Positions 37,062 through 47,643 of a stretch of DNA of 64,000 bases are shown piece by piece. Position 1 is the first letter of the stretch. Every line of letters begins with the position of its first letter. Both the position numbers and the translations under genes were made by a program. The DNA comes from Deltaproteobacteria bacterium (lineage in GTDB: Bacteria; Myxococcota_A; Polyangia; Fen-1088). The stretch is taken from contig JANRKS010000040.1 of the NCBI GenBank assembly GCA_033763315.1, positions 1-64,000 on the forward strand, written 5' to 3'. Under the pieces are notes generated by a model, which saw only the letters and a program-made list of their open reading frames with translations, was not told the origin of the DNA and ran no database searches.

Positions 37062-38135
37062 GTGCCTAAGTACGACTTTCCGCCTGCACCCGTAAGCCTT
37101 AAGGGGCGCACCACTGAACTGCGTGCCCTGCAACACCGCCTCACCGACGGCCGCATTGCACGGCTGGCCTTGGTCGGCGGTGGGGGCAGTGGCAAATCGC
37201 TGCTAGCGTGTGCCATCGGCCATCGCTTGCGCGCTCACTTTACAGGCGGCCTCGTGTGGCTGCGCGTGGGCAACTGGGACACCACCACGTTGTTCCAAAT
37301 GTTTGCGCGCAAGATGGGCGCCAATCCAACCGGCGGCGCGCGCGGTTTGCGTCGGACGCTTGGGCAACTTGGCCCAGTATTGATCGTACTCGACAACCAC
37401 GAGAATGATGCCGCGTTGGCCAGGTTCTTGGATGAGCTAAACGTTCCGAACGTGGTGTGGCTGATCACGGCGCGCCGTTGCCTTTTGTCAGGCGTTGAAA
37501 TCTTTGCGGTGGTTCCGCCGCTGGTTACGTCGGCGCAGGATGCGTTTCCGCGCGTCGCACCGCTAACGAAGCTGCTGCGATGGAACCCGTTGGCGCTCGA
37601 CATCGCTGACGCGCTTGTTCACACGCGCGCCGTTTCTGTGAGGGCGCTTCATTCGTGGCTCTTGAGCCATGGGCTGGGCCAGGTCCGTGTGATGGCCCAC
37701 GAGGACGACATCGCAGAAGTGCGAGGTTTGTTTGAATGGGCCTGGGCGAAGCTTGCCCCGGCCAGCCGACGGCAACTGGTTGTGCTTGCAAGCAGTGAAG
37801 GCGACGACATCGATGAAGCGTCCCTGTTCGCGCTGGCTCGCACCGGCAAGGGTGGCGAACAAGCGCTTGGGGCGCTCAGACGTTGGCACCTTGTTCAGGA
37901 GCCCGTGACCGGCCGTTTTACAGTGCACGCGGTGATTCGGTACGCCGTTCAAACGAAGAAGCAACTGCCGGGGAAGCTATATTTCGATCACTACGTCCCG
38001 TTGCTTGAACGCGACAAAGAACGGGTGGTTCAGGAACAGACCCACCTCTACGCCGCGATGGATTATGCCCACCGCAATTCATCACTGGTCGACGCCTTAC
38101 GTGTTCAAGAGCTAGCCACGTTGTTGGGCGCGTAA
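37062..38135 (+). CDS. minimal NB-ARC/STAND ATPase
   Basis: GRTTEL, Walker A GGGGSGKS, Walker B LIVLDN, LITAR, NPLAL, VHAVIR. Confidence 0.8.
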   Translation: MPKYDFPPAPVSLKGRTTELRALQHRLTDGRIARLALVGGGGSGKSLLACAIGHRLRAHFTGGLVWLRVGNWDTTTLFQMFARKMGANPTGGARGLRRTLGQLGPVLIVLDNHENDAALARFLDELNVPNVVWLITARRCLLSGVEIFAVVPPLVTSAQDAFPRVAPLTKLLRWNPLALDIADALVHTRAVSVRALHSWLLSHGLGQVRVMAHEDDIAEVRGLFEWAWAKLAPASRRQLVVLASSEGDDIDEASLFALARTGKGGEQALGALRRWHLVQEPVTGRFTVHAVIRYAVQTKKQLPGKLYFDHYVPLLERDKERVVQEQTHLYAAMDYAHRNSSLVDALRVQELATLLGA

Positions 38136-38161
38136 CACAGAGTGCGCCCGTTGCCGTTGGC

Positions 38162-38914
38162 TTAGATGCTGTCGCCCGAAGGCGAAACGGTTTCTTTCTT
38201 CGGATCTCCCCTTAGCGCCAGCTCTTCTTGATACCGAATCGCAAATTTCCGAAGACCATCAAGGTCAGCCTCGGTTAATACGAAGCGACCCATGCAGCTT
38301 TGCCCAACCACGCGTATCGACTGAGCCAGCTCTACAAGCGAGGCAAACGGAACAACAAAGCTTAGGCTCTCTTTGAATGCTGTCTTCTCAAAACTGCCCT
38401 CGGGTAGTTCAAGCAAGCGGCCGTTGGCGACGAGCTTGAACTCACAGCCTTCGAGCTTAAAGGGAGGCGCTTTGCGTCGCAGGGTCAGGTGGACAAGCAG
38501 AGGCTCCGGCTCGGGCTTCCCTCTCCATTCCAACACGATGCCATTGGACGGGATGAAGACGTCCACACCTAAAACCATCACGCCTTCTGACTCTGATTCA
38601 AGACCGACGGGGGGCCGAGGCCGCGGTGGCGGTGGGGACGCACGATAAGGCTGGCTTGCCGAGCGTTCGACAGGTGCACGAAGCTGCCACCGGCGATTTC
38701 CTGGTTCGCCGACGAGCGCATAGGTCGCTCGTTTTTCACAGCCGGTCACATCCCAATCGGTGCGTGTGATTTTCAGAAGCTGAAGCTCCGCATCTGCACA
38801 TTGAAGATCATCGGCGGCCACCTTCCGCAACGCATTCGTAGGGGTGCCGCAAGCCGCAAACAGGCAGGCAATTCCGAGCAATCTCTTTAAGAATGTGCAA
38901 ACACCGTTTGTCAC
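38162..38914 (-). CDS. hypothetical lipoprotein
   Basis: Lipobox FAAC; AADDLQC...VTGCEKRATY motif; Pro linker. Confidence 0.7.
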   Translation of the reverse strand: MTNGVCTFLKRLLGIACLFAACGTPTNALRKVAADDLQCADAELQLLKITRTDWDVTGCEKRATYALVGEPGNRRWQLRAPVERSASQPYRASPPPPRPRPPVGLESESEGVMVLGVDVFIPSNGIVLEWRGKPEPEPLLVHLTLRRKAPPFKLEGCEFKLVANGRLLELPEGSFEKTAFKESLSFVVPFASLVELAQSIRVVGQSCMGRFVLTEADLDGLRKFAIRYQEELALRGDPKKETVSPSGDSI

Positions 38915-39014
38915 GGCCGGAAACGTAACATGCAGCCAAGGGGAAGCGATAGTCGCAAACTTCGTCTCACAGCGATCTGCCGTCTTTGCCCTCCGGGATG
39001 CTAAACCAAAACTT

Positions 39015-39863
39015 ATGCGACGAATGCGTTATGTGATTTGCGATGTGTTTACGGACAACGCCTTGGCGGGAAACCCCTTGGCCGTGTTCACGGATGCCCG
39101 GGGCGTATCTGAGAGCATGATGCAGTCACTGGCGCGTGAACTGAATTTGTCGGAAACAACATTCCTCCTGCCGGCTGAACAAGGCGGCGATGCGCGCGTT
39201 CGCATCTTCACACCCACCCAGGAGCTGCCTTTCGCCGGGCACCCCATACTCGGCACAGCGTTCGTTCTCGCGGCACCCTTGCAGCGGCCCATCGTCCGTT
39301 TAGAAACAGCGGGCGGCATTGTGCCGGTGCGGTTTGAGTTAAGCGGTGCACGAGTGTCGTTTGCTTGGATGCTGCAACCGTTGCCCACGTGCAAGCCGTT
39401 CGGCGACGAGGCCACCGTACGTTTACTTGAGGCACTGGGTGTAACCGAATCCACCTTGCCGGTTGAGCTCTACAACAATGGCGTTCACCACGTTTATGTC
39501 GCTTTGCCAACCGAAGAGGCGGTGGCAAGCGTGCGCCCCAACATCGAGCGTCTAGGTGTCTTTGGAGCGATCGGCATCAACGTTTTCGCGAACGCAGGCA
39601 ACCGATGCAAAACGCGTATGTTCGGCCCCGGGCTCGGCGTGGCAGAAGATCCGGCAACGGGCTCTGCTGCCGGGCCTTTGGCTGTCCATTTGTTAAGACA
39701 CGGCCGCTTGCAATCGGGCGCGGAAATTCAGATTGAGCAAGGCGCCGAGATCAACAGGCCGTCGAGAATCCATGCCATCGTTCGCGGCACGTCACAAGCG
39801 CTTGAATCCGTCGAGGTCGGAGGCGGCGCGGTGATCGTCGCGCGTGGCGAGTTTCACTGCTGA
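39015..39863 (+). CDS. PhzF-family isomerase
   Basis: DVFT..ALAGNPLAV, LSETTF, ELPFAGHP, EDPATGSA, EQG.EI.RPS. Confidence 0.93.
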   Translation: MRRMRYVICDVFTDNALAGNPLAVFTDARGVSESMMQSLARELNLSETTFLLPAEQGGDARVRIFTPTQELPFAGHPILGTAFVLAAPLQRPIVRLETAGGIVPVRFELSGARVSFAWMLQPLPTCKPFGDEATVRLLEALGVTESTLPVELYNNGVHHVYVALPTEEAVASVRPNIERLGVFGAIGINVFANAGNRCKTRMFGPGLGVAEDPATGSAAGPLAVHLLRHGRLQSGAEIQIEQGAEINRPSRIHAIVRGTSQALESVEVGGGAVIVARGEFHC

Positions 39864-39971
39864 GTGGTGTTCCAGCAAACAGGTTGGATGGAATTGCCGT
39901 AGCGTAGGGTTTTTGAAACACTACGAGCAAGGAATGACATTACGAGGCAGCCATGAAAGACTGCCCCGCGC

Positions 39972-40571
39972 ATGAGCGATCCAGAGAAGATTGAAGCGCT
40001 GCTTGCGGCGGCACAGCATCTAGAAGAAGAGTTACAGCGTTTCGGCCGCTTGGTCGACACCGCCTGCCGGGGACAGATCGGCAGCCAAAAGGACATTGAG
40101 CGAACGGCGAAGGCGATTCAGGAGGCCACAGCCGTCGTCAGCCAGATCGATGCGCGCGCGCAGGCGTTGACGCGTTCGCTGCAGCGGGCGCAGATGGCGC
40201 AACAAGGCCCCATCGACCGGCTCCGCACTCGCGCCGAGTTGCTGCGGCAGCGCCACGAAGAACACGAAGCGCTCAAAGCACGCTTTGCCGAGCTGACGGC
40301 CGAGGCAGCCTCCCTGGCCCAGATCACGCAGCCGCTGGCGGAGACGTCGTCGATTCAGCTGGATGTGGCCACACCCATCACCACTTTGAAAGACCGTCTT
40401 AAAGTGGCCCGCGAGAACGCGCGTTCGCTCATGCAGGACGCCCATTCAATGCGTTTTGAAGAAGTGGCGAAGGACGTTCACCGCTTCGAGCAAATGCTGG
40501 GCACTTTGGAGCGCAAGATCGTGCAAACCGAAGAATCGTTGACGACCGCACGCGCCCGTGTGCAATCGTAA
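39972..40571 (+). CDS. hypothetical coiled-coil protein
   Basis: 199 aa Ala/Glu/Gln/Arg-rich helical ORF. Confidence 0.7.
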   Translation: MSDPEKIEALLAAAQHLEEELQRFGRLVDTACRGQIGSQKDIERTAKAIQEATAVVSQIDARAQALTRSLQRAQMAQQGPIDRLRTRAELLRQRHEEHEALKARFAELTAEAASLAQITQPLAETSSIQLDVATPITTLKDRLKVARENARSLMQDAHSMRFEEVAKDVHRFEQMLGTLERKIVQTEESLTTARARVQS

Positions 40572-40635
40572 GCGTGCGGTCACCGGCAAAGGGGGTTGTG
40601 GTATTCTGGGCTTGCGATTCGAGACAGGAGCTTCA

Positions 40636-41481
40636 ATGCCACACAGAACTCTCACACGCGTATTGTGCCTTGCTTGCACGGTGACCATGGCACCGCTACA
40701 AACGTGGGCGGCCAGCAAAACGGCGCCAACACCGGTACCGAAGGCGGCTCCAAGCGGCGCGGCCGCCAACGAGTTCCAGCTCCAGAACTCAAACACCGCC
40801 CGATCGGCCCAAGGTGCCACCGCTTCCAAGATCAAGGCCACCAAAACCGAGGCGGCGATGAAGTTTGTCGTCGTCGATAAGGATAAGGGCCCCGTGGCAG
40901 GCATCGTGATCTGCTTAACGGCACCCGATGGCAAAAAGTTTTATACGGAGGAAACGGATGCCACGGGTTACGCAGAAGTTTTGGTGCCCATCGGGCAAAA
41001 ATACGAGCTGGTGTACTTGTCCCTCGGTCGCCGGGACATCTCGGCGCACGTGAACGTTACGAACGAACCGAACCAGAACGTCAAGCTCACCCTGCGCTAC
41101 AAACGGCCGCCGCCGCCACCTGAAATCAAACGCAACAAAGGCGCCCCGCGCTTCGTGCTCAATGGCGTGAATTTCGATACGGGGAAGGCCACGATACGGC
41201 CCGAATCGTTCGCACGCTTGGACGCTGTGGTTGAATACATGCAGCACAAACTACAGTCGCGCATTGAAATCTCCGGGCACACAGACAACGTGGGCAACCC
41301 GAAAGCCAACAAGGCCCTGTCGCTGGCCCGGGCGCAGGCGTGCCGCAATTATCTTGTAAACAAAGGCATTCAGGGCGATCGCATCGTTGCCGTGGGCGTG
41401 GGCGATGAGCACCCCATGGCAAGCAACGACAGCGAAGAAGGCAGGCAGCAGAACCGTCGCATCGAAGCAACGGAACTGTGA
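40636..41481 (+). CDS. OmpA-like peptidoglycan-binding protein
   Basis: AGGAG RBS; VNFDTGKA, ISGHTD, LSLARA, QNRRIE. Confidence 0.9.
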   Translation: MPHRTLTRVLCLACTVTMAPLQTWAASKTAPTPVPKAAPSGAAANEFQLQNSNTARSAQGATASKIKATKTEAAMKFVVVDKDKGPVAGIVICLTAPDGKKFYTEETDATGYAEVLVPIGQKYELVYLSLGRRDISAHVNVTNEPNQNVKLTLRYKRPPPPPEIKRNKGAPRFVLNGVNFDTGKATIRPESFARLDAVVEYMQHKLQSRIEISGHTDNVGNPKANKALSLARAQACRNYLVNKGIQGDRIVAVGVGDEHPMASNDSEEGRQQNRRIEATEL

Positions 41482-41510
41482 GGCGCAGACTCACACGCCG
41501 CGAGGATCTT

Positions 41511-43121
41511 TCACCTCTGACGCGATTTCACGAAATCCTGCACGATCTCGCGGGCCAGCTGCGGCTCGAATGGTTTGTCCACGCACTTGTTCGGCGTTTG
41601 ATCTAAAAAGGCATGAGACTTGGGCGTAAACGCTCCGCCGGTCATGAACACAACCCTTTCGGCCATTTGCGGGAACTCTGACCGCATTTGCGCAAAGAAC
41701 TCCATGCCCGACATCTGCGGCATCATCAAATCGCAAAACACCACGTCATACGCTTGGCCCTCTTTCAAAAGAGCCAAGGCGGCTTTGCCGGACGTGACAG
41801 CGGTCACGGTATGATGGCGTAGCGCCCGCGTCAGCGACGCACCGATGGCAGGCTCGTCATCCACCACAAGCACCTGAGCGTTGGCCACTTGCTGCGGCAG
41901 CGGCGCACTGGGGGGCAAGTTCGATTGGGCGCGGCGCTGCGCGGCCGGCAGAATCACGCGGAATGTGGTGCCTTGGCCCACCACGCTTGTTACATGAATG
42001 TGGCCGCCCAAGGCGGTGACGATGTTGTGGCAGATTGACAGCCCCAAACCCGTCCCGATGCCCGTCGGGTTGGTTGTGAAGAACGGATCGAAGATGCGAC
42101 CGATGTGCTCAGGCGCGATCCCGTGCCCGGTGTCGCGCACCTCGATCACCACGCGGCCAGCAGCATCGGTGGCGATTGAAAGAGCGATCTCATTTGCTTC
42201 GAAGTTGCCCTCTTCGATGGCTTGAGCTGCGTTGATCAGAAGATTGATAAAGACCTGCCCAAGCCGAGATTCATCGGCCCACACGGGTGGCGTATCCGCG
42301 TAATCCCTTACCAGGCGTGCGCGCTGGCGGATCTCATTTGCAGTCATGTTGACGGACAAATCCAGTAGCGGTGCCACCTCCACCAGAGCCTTGCGCTCCT
42401 CCTCAGAGCGGGAAAACGTTTTGAGGCCCAGGACAATTTTGCGAATGCGCTCTGCACCCGCGTGTGCCTCTTGCGCCATGTCACGAATGTCATTGATCAA
42501 GTTGGCCCGGTCGCCGCGCTGATCCGGAGCATTGACAGCTTCGAGAATGAGACTGATGTTTGTGGTCACATAGGTCAGCGGGTTGTTGAGCTCGTGTGCC
42601 ACACCGGCCGCAAGCGTGCCTACCGAGGCCATGCGATCCGCGAACATGAGCTGTCGCCGCAGGCTTTCCTCCACGTCACGAGCCTTTCGCAGGCGCTCAT
42701 CGGTTTCTATCTGCTGAGTGACATCGCGGGCAATGGCATACACCAGGCCGCGTTCCGGGTCCGACACCGAACGCCACTCAAACCAGCGGTAGCCGCCATC
42801 CTTACACAAGTAGCGGTTGCGCAGATCCCACAACCAAGTGCCATCCCGCAGACCCTCCCGCGCCTTCAGCGTGGCGTCACGATCATCTATGTGAACAAAC
42901 TCTATGGACGGCCGTGACATCAACTCGGTCACCGACCACCCGAGGGTGCGCGTCCACGACTGGTTCAGACGCTTGAAATAGCCGTCAAAACCGGCGACGC
43001 AAACGTTGTCGAGCGACATCTCGAAAAAATCATCCAGCGCCACAGCGTCGGGCGACAACGGCTGTTCATTTTGGGCTCCTGCGCTCACCGACACAGCATC
43101 CCCGGCGCTGGCGGGCGACAC
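41511..43121 (-). CDS. PAS hybrid sensor histidine kinase/receiver
   Basis: PAS; AHELNNP H-box; NLLINA, DTGHGI, PFFTT, GTGLGL; VVDDE...DLMMP...KP receiver. Confidence 0.93.
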   Translation of the reverse strand: MSPASAGDAVSVSAGAQNEQPLSPDAVALDDFFEMSLDNVCVAGFDGYFKRLNQSWTRTLGWSVTELMSRPSIEFVHIDDRDATLKAREGLRDGTWLWDLRNRYLCKDGGYRWFEWRSVSDPERGLVYAIARDVTQQIETDERLRKARDVEESLRRQLMFADRMASVGTLAAGVAHELNNPLTYVTTNISLILEAVNAPDQRGDRANLINDIRDMAQEAHAGAERIRKIVLGLKTFSRSEEERKALVEVAPLLDLSVNMTANEIRQRARLVRDYADTPPVWADESRLGQVFINLLINAAQAIEEGNFEANEIALSIATDAAGRVVIEVRDTGHGIAPEHIGRIFDPFFTTNPTGIGTGLGLSICHNIVTALGGHIHVTSVVGQGTTFRVILPAAQRRAQSNLPPSAPLPQQVANAQVLVVDDEPAIGASLTRALRHHTVTAVTSGKAALALLKEGQAYDVVFCDLMMPQMSGMEFFAQMRSEFPQMAERVVFMTGGAFTPKSHAFLDQTPNKCVDKPFEPQLAREIVQDFVKSRQR

Positions 43122-43255
43122 GGCGAAAGGGCGATCAACCCATCGCGCCCGCCTTTCATGATCACCAAAGTAAGGCTCGTCGTCATCTGATGGTCAACCT
43201 TGCGTAACCCTCCTTGATTTTACTCTGTTCCAGGAAAGAAACCAACACAGCGCTG

Positions 43256-44041
43256 TCACGCAGTTTTCAAGGTGATCCAAGCCGGCGCGTGGTCACTGGC
43301 GCCCTCCTTGCCACGCACCCAGGTGTCAACGCCGGCGGCCGCAAGACGGGGCGCCAGGGTTGGGCTCAACAGGAGGTGATCGATCCGCAAACCCGCGTTT
43401 CGCTCCCAAGCGCCGCGCAAGTAGTCCCAGAAAGTGTAAACCGATTCGCGAGGGTAAACCGCACGGATGGCATCACACCAGCCTTGCGACAATAAGGTTG
43501 AGAACATCGCGCGGCTCTGCGGTTGCAACAGCGCGTTCTTGCTCCATGAGCGTGTGTTATAGATGTCGAAGTCGGTTGGCACAACGTTGTAATCACCCAC
43601 CAAAGCCACAGGGTGGCGCGTGTCAATCAACGCTTGTGCATGCCGGTTGAATCGTTCGAACCACGCCAGTTTATAATCAAACTTTGGCCCCGGTTGCGGG
43701 TTGCCGTTGGGTAAGTAGAGGCAAGCCACGATCACGCCGTTCACGGCCGCCTCAAGGTACCGAGCCTGCTCGTCTTTCGGATCACCCGGCAGGCCGCGCC
43801 GCGTTTCGATCGGTTTGCTTCCTTTGGCCAAAATGGCCACCCCATTCCACGTCTTCTGGCCATGCCAAATGGCTTCGTAACCGGCGGCCTTGATGGCGGC
43901 GCCAGGAAAATCACGATCGGTCGATTTGCTCTCCTGCAAGCAGACAACGTCGGGCGACTCGGCTTGCAGCCACTGCAACAGGTTGGCAAGCCGCTTCACC
44001 ACGCCGTTGATGTTGTAAGTGGCGATCTTAAGAGTCGACAT
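43256..44041 (-). CDS. xth: exodeoxyribonuclease III
   Basis: IATYNING, CLQESK, NGVAIL, YLPNG, GDYN, GLRIDH, SDHAP. Confidence 0.95.
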   Translation of the reverse strand: MSTLKIATYNINGVVKRLANLLQWLQAESPDVVCLQESKSTDRDFPGAAIKAAGYEAIWHGQKTWNGVAILAKGSKPIETRRGLPGDPKDEQARYLEAAVNGVIVACLYLPNGNPQPGPKFDYKLAWFERFNRHAQALIDTRHPVALVGDYNVVPTDFDIYNTRSWSKNALLQPQSRAMFSTLLSQGWCDAIRAVYPRESVYTFWDYLRGAWERNAGLRIDHLLLSPTLAPRLAAAGVDTWVRGKEGASDHAPAWITLKTA

Positions 44042-44114
44042 GTGGATGGGCGGAAAGGCAGCATACACGAATGCAGCCCCACAGAAGACCACGCCCAGCA
44101 CAGCCCTGGGTTGT

Positions 44115-44990
44115 ATGCTGGCGCTGCGTAGGAACCAAGCCTTGATCAAAATCGTTGTCGCTGTTTTCGGACTGGCCAGTGTGGCGTACGTCGGTCTTCT
44201 GATTTGGTTCCGTATGAACGAAGATACGCTGTTGTTTCACCCTGAAAAGGGACCACTCGCACCGCCCCCACCAGAGCTCCACCTAGACTATCAGGATGTC
44301 GCCTTCCCCAGCACCGGCGGTGTGGCATTGAAGGCGCGGCTGATCTCACCGCGGCCCGCCGGAGCGCAGGCACCACCAGGCTGGGTGCTCTACTTTCACG
44401 GTGCGGCCGGCAACGTAGGCACCGCGGGCTACAACGAGGCCTGGGCAAAATTCCGCGACGTCGGGCTGGGCGTGCTGGCGGCTGATTATCGCGGCTATGG
44501 TGAGAGCGAGGGCCAACCTTCGGAGTCGGGCTTCTATGACGACGCAGCGGCGGCCTACGTTTACCTTCGTGAAACGCTACACGTGGCAGCCTCACACATC
44601 GTGATCTATGGCTACTCGCTGGGCACGGGTGTGGCAATCGATCTGGCCACCCACGTCCAGGCGGCCGGTCTCGTCGTTGAGGGAGCCTTCACATCCGTGC
44701 CTGCGCGTGCCGCAGAGCTTTACCCATACGTTCCCGTGCGATCGTTGGCGCGCAACCGGTTCGCATCGCTCGACAAAATTCCGCACGTGACGATGCCGAT
44801 TTTGTTTGTGCATGCCCGCGAAGACGAAGCCGTACCGCTCGCCCACGGCAAACGGTTATTTGACGCCGCCACGGCGCCAAAACGTTTTGTAGCAGTTGCC
44901 GGCGGTCACACCACGGCGTTCAAAGTGGATGGCACGTTCTTCGAGGCAATCAAGCACTTCGTGGCTGATCTTGGTCTGCCCGTGCAGTGA
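44115..44990 (+). CDS. ABHD12/13-like alpha/beta hydrolase
   Basis: YFHG, DYRGYGES.G.PSE.G, GYSLG, DE.VP, GGH; start uncertain. Confidence 0.88.
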   Translation: MLALRRNQALIKIVVAVFGLASVAYVGLLIWFRMNEDTLLFHPEKGPLAPPPPELHLDYQDVAFPSTGGVALKARLISPRPAGAQAPPGWVLYFHGAAGNVGTAGYNEAWAKFRDVGLGVLAADYRGYGESEGQPSESGFYDDAAAAYVYLRETLHVAASHIVIYGYSLGTGVAIDLATHVQAAGLVVEGAFTSVPARAAELYPYVPVRSLARNRFASLDKIPHVTMPILFVHAREDEAVPLAHGKRLFDAATAPKRFVAVAGGHTTAFKVDGTFFEAIKHFVADLGLPVQ

Positions 44991-44996
44991 CCGAAA

Positions 44997-46034
44997 TCAA
45001 GGCGTGGTCGGTCGTGTGTGCTGGTTCAAGTGTGCGCCTGCTTGATCCACCCGCGCCTGCGTGGCGGCGTTGGCGCTGCGTTTAAGCTCCACCCCAAACG
45101 CCCGTGTGAAGGGCAACCCCTGATCTTCGGGCAGATATCGGTTGAACACCGACAAGGCCCGCGAGAAGGCATTTGGCGCAACGGCATGAGCTGCGCGCAG
45201 AAGTTTGGCTTGCCACCCAAGTGTCAATTGGCCCCCACCCTGCCTCATAGACGCAACGATCAAGCGGGCCGCTCGATCGGCCGACATCGACGTCAGCGGC
45301 ATGGAGTCGCTGGCACTGAACCACGCGAACTCAGCTTCTGGGTTTCCTTTGAATTCTGCGTTCACGGGGGAGCCAGTGTGCAGCAGGCCTGGGATCACCG
45401 TGGTGACATCGATGTTGTCGCGCGCCAGCTCTGCACGCATGCCTTCGGACAACCCCATGAAAGCCGCCTTTGAGCAGTCATACGGCACAAGGTGGGGTAC
45501 GGGCACTTGGCCCGCGAAAGAGGTGACATTAACGATATGCCCGCCGCCCTGTTCGCGCATGTGTGGCAACACAGACCACACCACATTGAGCGGACCCCAA
45601 AAGTTCACCGCCATCGACTTTTCAAAATCGCCCAACGTCATCGAATCAAGTGGCCCCACGGAAATCATGCCCGCGTTGTTGACCAAGATGTCGATTCCAC
45701 CGTAGTCCTGCAAGACCGCCTGCACCATATCGTTGACGGAAGCTCGGTCGGTTACATCACATTGATACATCAGCACATGGCGTCCGTGGCCCTTGAGCTC
45801 TTGCCTGGCGCGATCAAGTTCACCCTCGTCGCGCGCACAGATCGCAAGGTGACAACCTTGATCCAGCAGCGCGCGCGACAACGCGAGGCCCAAGCCACGC
45901 GAGCCGCCGGTGACCAGAACCACTTGGTAGCGCAGGTCGCGCCGCTGCGTTCTGCGGTAAATCCAGCGGCCAGCCAGAAAGGCGCCACCAATGAAGGCCG
46001 CGGCTGTTAGTAGATCGGAATTGTCACGACGCAT
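44997..46034 (-). CDS. short-chain dehydrogenase/reductase
   Basis: TGGSRGLG, NNAG, YDCSK. Confidence 0.93.
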   Translation of the reverse strand: MRRDNSDLLTAAAFIGGAFLAGRWIYRRTQRRDLRYQVVLVTGGSRGLGLALSRALLDQGCHLAICARDEGELDRARQELKGHGRHVLMYQCDVTDRASVNDMVQAVLQDYGGIDILVNNAGMISVGPLDSMTLGDFEKSMAVNFWGPLNVVWSVLPHMREQGGGHIVNVTSFAGQVPVPHLVPYDCSKAAFMGLSEGMRAELARDNIDVTTVIPGLLHTGSPVNAEFKGNPEAEFAWFSASDSMPLTSMSADRAARLIVASMRQGGGQLTLGWQAKLLRAAHAVAPNAFSRALSVFNRYLPEDQGLPFTRAFGVELKRSANAATQARVDQAGAHLNQHTRPTTP

Positions 46035-46260
46035 TTCGCCCCTTCGGCGTCCGGCTTGGTGAACGCCTGAGCTGAACCAACTGCAAAAGCCTCGCCATAC
46101 CGCGGCTCCGGGGAAAGCCCTCCCCGGGTGCAGGAGCCAAGGATCCGACGTTGCGGGTCCCTAACGCGCGGCTCACCTTCGTGTCGATCCGGAAACCACA
46201 AAGCGGAACCCAAGAAGCAAAACCTGGGAACCTTCGCCCAGCCCGGCTGTCTATACACGT

Positions 46261-47610
46261 GTGCGGCCGCATCCCTTTGTTTGGGTGATGTGTGCTCTGG
46301 CAGGTTCCACAACCTACTGGGCATTGCAGGCGGTTATGGCGCCCCGGGGAAAACCCGCGGCCGCAGCGAACGCGGCTCCCGTCGTGAGGCCCGCCGCTAC
46401 GCCAACCATGCCCCAATTTTTAGACCTCGCGGTGCCGCCACCAGAGGTGGCGTGTGTCCCAAAGCCCGGCCGCGCCTGTCTGGCTGGCCGCGTGGTGCTG
46501 TCGCCCAAGGCGCGTGATTTGTGGCAACGGCAACAAGGAACAGCGCCCTTTGCCTTCACATCCCTTCGTATCACGCCTCACCGTCATGTGATGGATGAGC
46601 ATAAACAAGGTGATGAAGTTGAGGACGACGATGACAGCGACGAGACTGACAACCGCCACACGTGCGCGTGCGACGAGATATACGTGGGTTCGGATGGTCG
46701 CTTCGAACTTGGGCTGCTGCCAGGGCTCTACGATGTGCAGGCGCGCACCGAAGACAATGCCTTCACAGGCGTACTGGCTCGGTTTGAAGCGAAAGAACGA
46801 GCCAGCGTCGGCCCCGTTGAGTTGTTGTTAAACGTGGCGATGCACTTGACGGGCGTCGTGAGAAACCCGCAGGGGCAACCCGTGGCGAACGTGCGCGTTG
46901 AGGTGCAACGCACGGCCCCTGGGCGCTTGCAGCCGCAATCAATTCATGGACGCACAGATCAAGACGGCCACTTTGATTTCGCGCCGATGGAAGAAGGCCT
47001 TTATGATCTCGAGTTCACTTCTTCACGATACCGAAGCGCTTCACTGTTCGGCGTGTCTGCCAACCATTCCCCATTTGAGGTGCGTATGACGCGCAGCCCA
47101 GCGTTGTTGGGGATGGTGGCGGCCGGCGATCAAGATTGTCCGCCGTTTGTCGAAGTGCGGGGCCGCCTGCGATCGATGCGCGTGCCCACCGAGACGCCAG
47201 GCTGCACTTTCTATACGCAAACGTTGCCTCCCGAAGAGCAGCTACACGTTGTTGCGACGCTGGCGGGGCGGAACATTGAACAGTATTTCACTGTGCCGGT
47301 GCTTGGGGATCCGCCGGTGGTTTGCCTCGGCGGCCCCTGCCCTTTCAACCCAGCCGTTGTGTTGGTGATGCCCATTGGTGGCGAAATGGATGCTTTGTTC
47401 GTGGACACCGAAGGCAGCGAGAACGATGAGGAGCTGGGCCAGGGCATGGTGACCTCTGGTGGATTCGCACCGAACCGCTTCTACGCATTCGCTGGCTTTC
47501 GCGCGGGGCAAACCGTACGCGTGGGCGATCCCGATCAGCGGCACGCGCAGGCACGCGTCACATTGCATACGGGAGTGAACGAATTGACAATCACAGTGCC
47601 CCAACATTGA
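46261..47610 (+). CDS. carboxypeptidase-regulatory-like (Ig/transthyretin-like) repeat protein
   Basis: N-terminal TM; DGRFEL...PGLYDV and G.VRNPQGQPVANVRV...TDQDGHF repeats. Confidence 0.75.
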   Translation: MRPHPFVWVMCALAGSTTYWALQAVMAPRGKPAAAANAAPVVRPAATPTMPQFLDLAVPPPEVACVPKPGRACLAGRVVLSPKARDLWQRQQGTAPFAFTSLRITPHRHVMDEHKQGDEVEDDDDSDETDNRHTCACDEIYVGSDGRFELGLLPGLYDVQARTEDNAFTGVLARFEAKERASVGPVELLLNVAMHLTGVVRNPQGQPVANVRVEVQRTAPGRLQPQSIHGRTDQDGHFDFAPMEEGLYDLEFTSSRYRSASLFGVSANHSPFEVRMTRSPALLGMVAAGDQDCPPFVEVRGRLRSMRVPTETPGCTFYTQTLPPEEQLHVVATLAGRNIEQYFTVPVLGDPPVVCLGGPCPFNPAVVLVMPIGGEMDALFVDTEGSENDEELGQGMVTSGGFAPNRFYAFAGFRAGQTVRVGDPDQRHAQARVTLHTGVNELTITVPQH

Positions 47611-47643
47611 TGTAAAGGCGTGGTGTTGTTGACGATGACGATT

